NCBI GenBank assembly: GCA_028534125.1
Contig: CM052816.1
Span: 37,264,001-37,328,000, forward strand
Source: Lama glama
Taxonomy: Eukaryota
Reading direction: 5' to 3'
Length of the DNA: 64,000 nt
The first letter of the stretch is position 1; each line of letters opens with the position of its first letter. Below the pieces are notes generated by a model that was not told the DNA's origin, did not search any database, and saw only the letters and a program-made list of their open reading frames with translations. The position numbers and the translations under genes are program-made. This document shows positions 63,831-64,000 of this stretch, piece by piece.

Positions 63831-64000
63831 TCACACCTTCTTTTTCAGAACCTCTTTATTCCTTTGTGAAACCTTCATGACTTTGACTTATTCCTCTTCT
63901 TGACACTTCACTGCCCAAGAGATCCTTGGTGGAGAGAAAACTTCTCTGGGTCTGATTTGTCCTCCATGAAGCACTAGGCTTAGACCTGTCTCTTTTGGCA

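Overview
AT-rich mammalian genomic DNA, intronic or intergenic. It is most likely camelid: a tRNA-Ala-derived Vic-1-type SINE and many artiodactyl-type L1 3' ends are present, and I saw no Bov-B, Bov-A2, CHR or PRE-1 elements. I could not recognise any host protein-coding exon, functional RNA gene or CRISPR-like array. The ORFs I can identify are decayed retroelement fragments (ERV-L pol, L1 ORF1/ORF2); the rest look like chance ORFs. The window is a layered record of transposable elements: a decayed LTR40-type ERV-L provirus fragment, many L1s of different ages (several nested), MLT1/MLT2/LTR33/LTR40 LTRs, Tigger1-derived, MER33 and MER53 DNA elements, MIR, L2, MamSINE1 and microsatellites. 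Repeat family names come from recalled consensus sequences, not from a database search. Three structures stand out. (1) A recent ~220-bp copy of non-repetitive local DNA, inserted ~1.5 kb from its template between a perfect 13-bp target-site duplication (TSD), which skips a hairpin-forming microsatellite. (2) A TSD-flanked L1 with both ends intact but lacking the endonuclease and RT regions. (3) Two very small 5'-inverted (twin-primed) L1 insertions. I found no evidence for a new multi-gene biological system.
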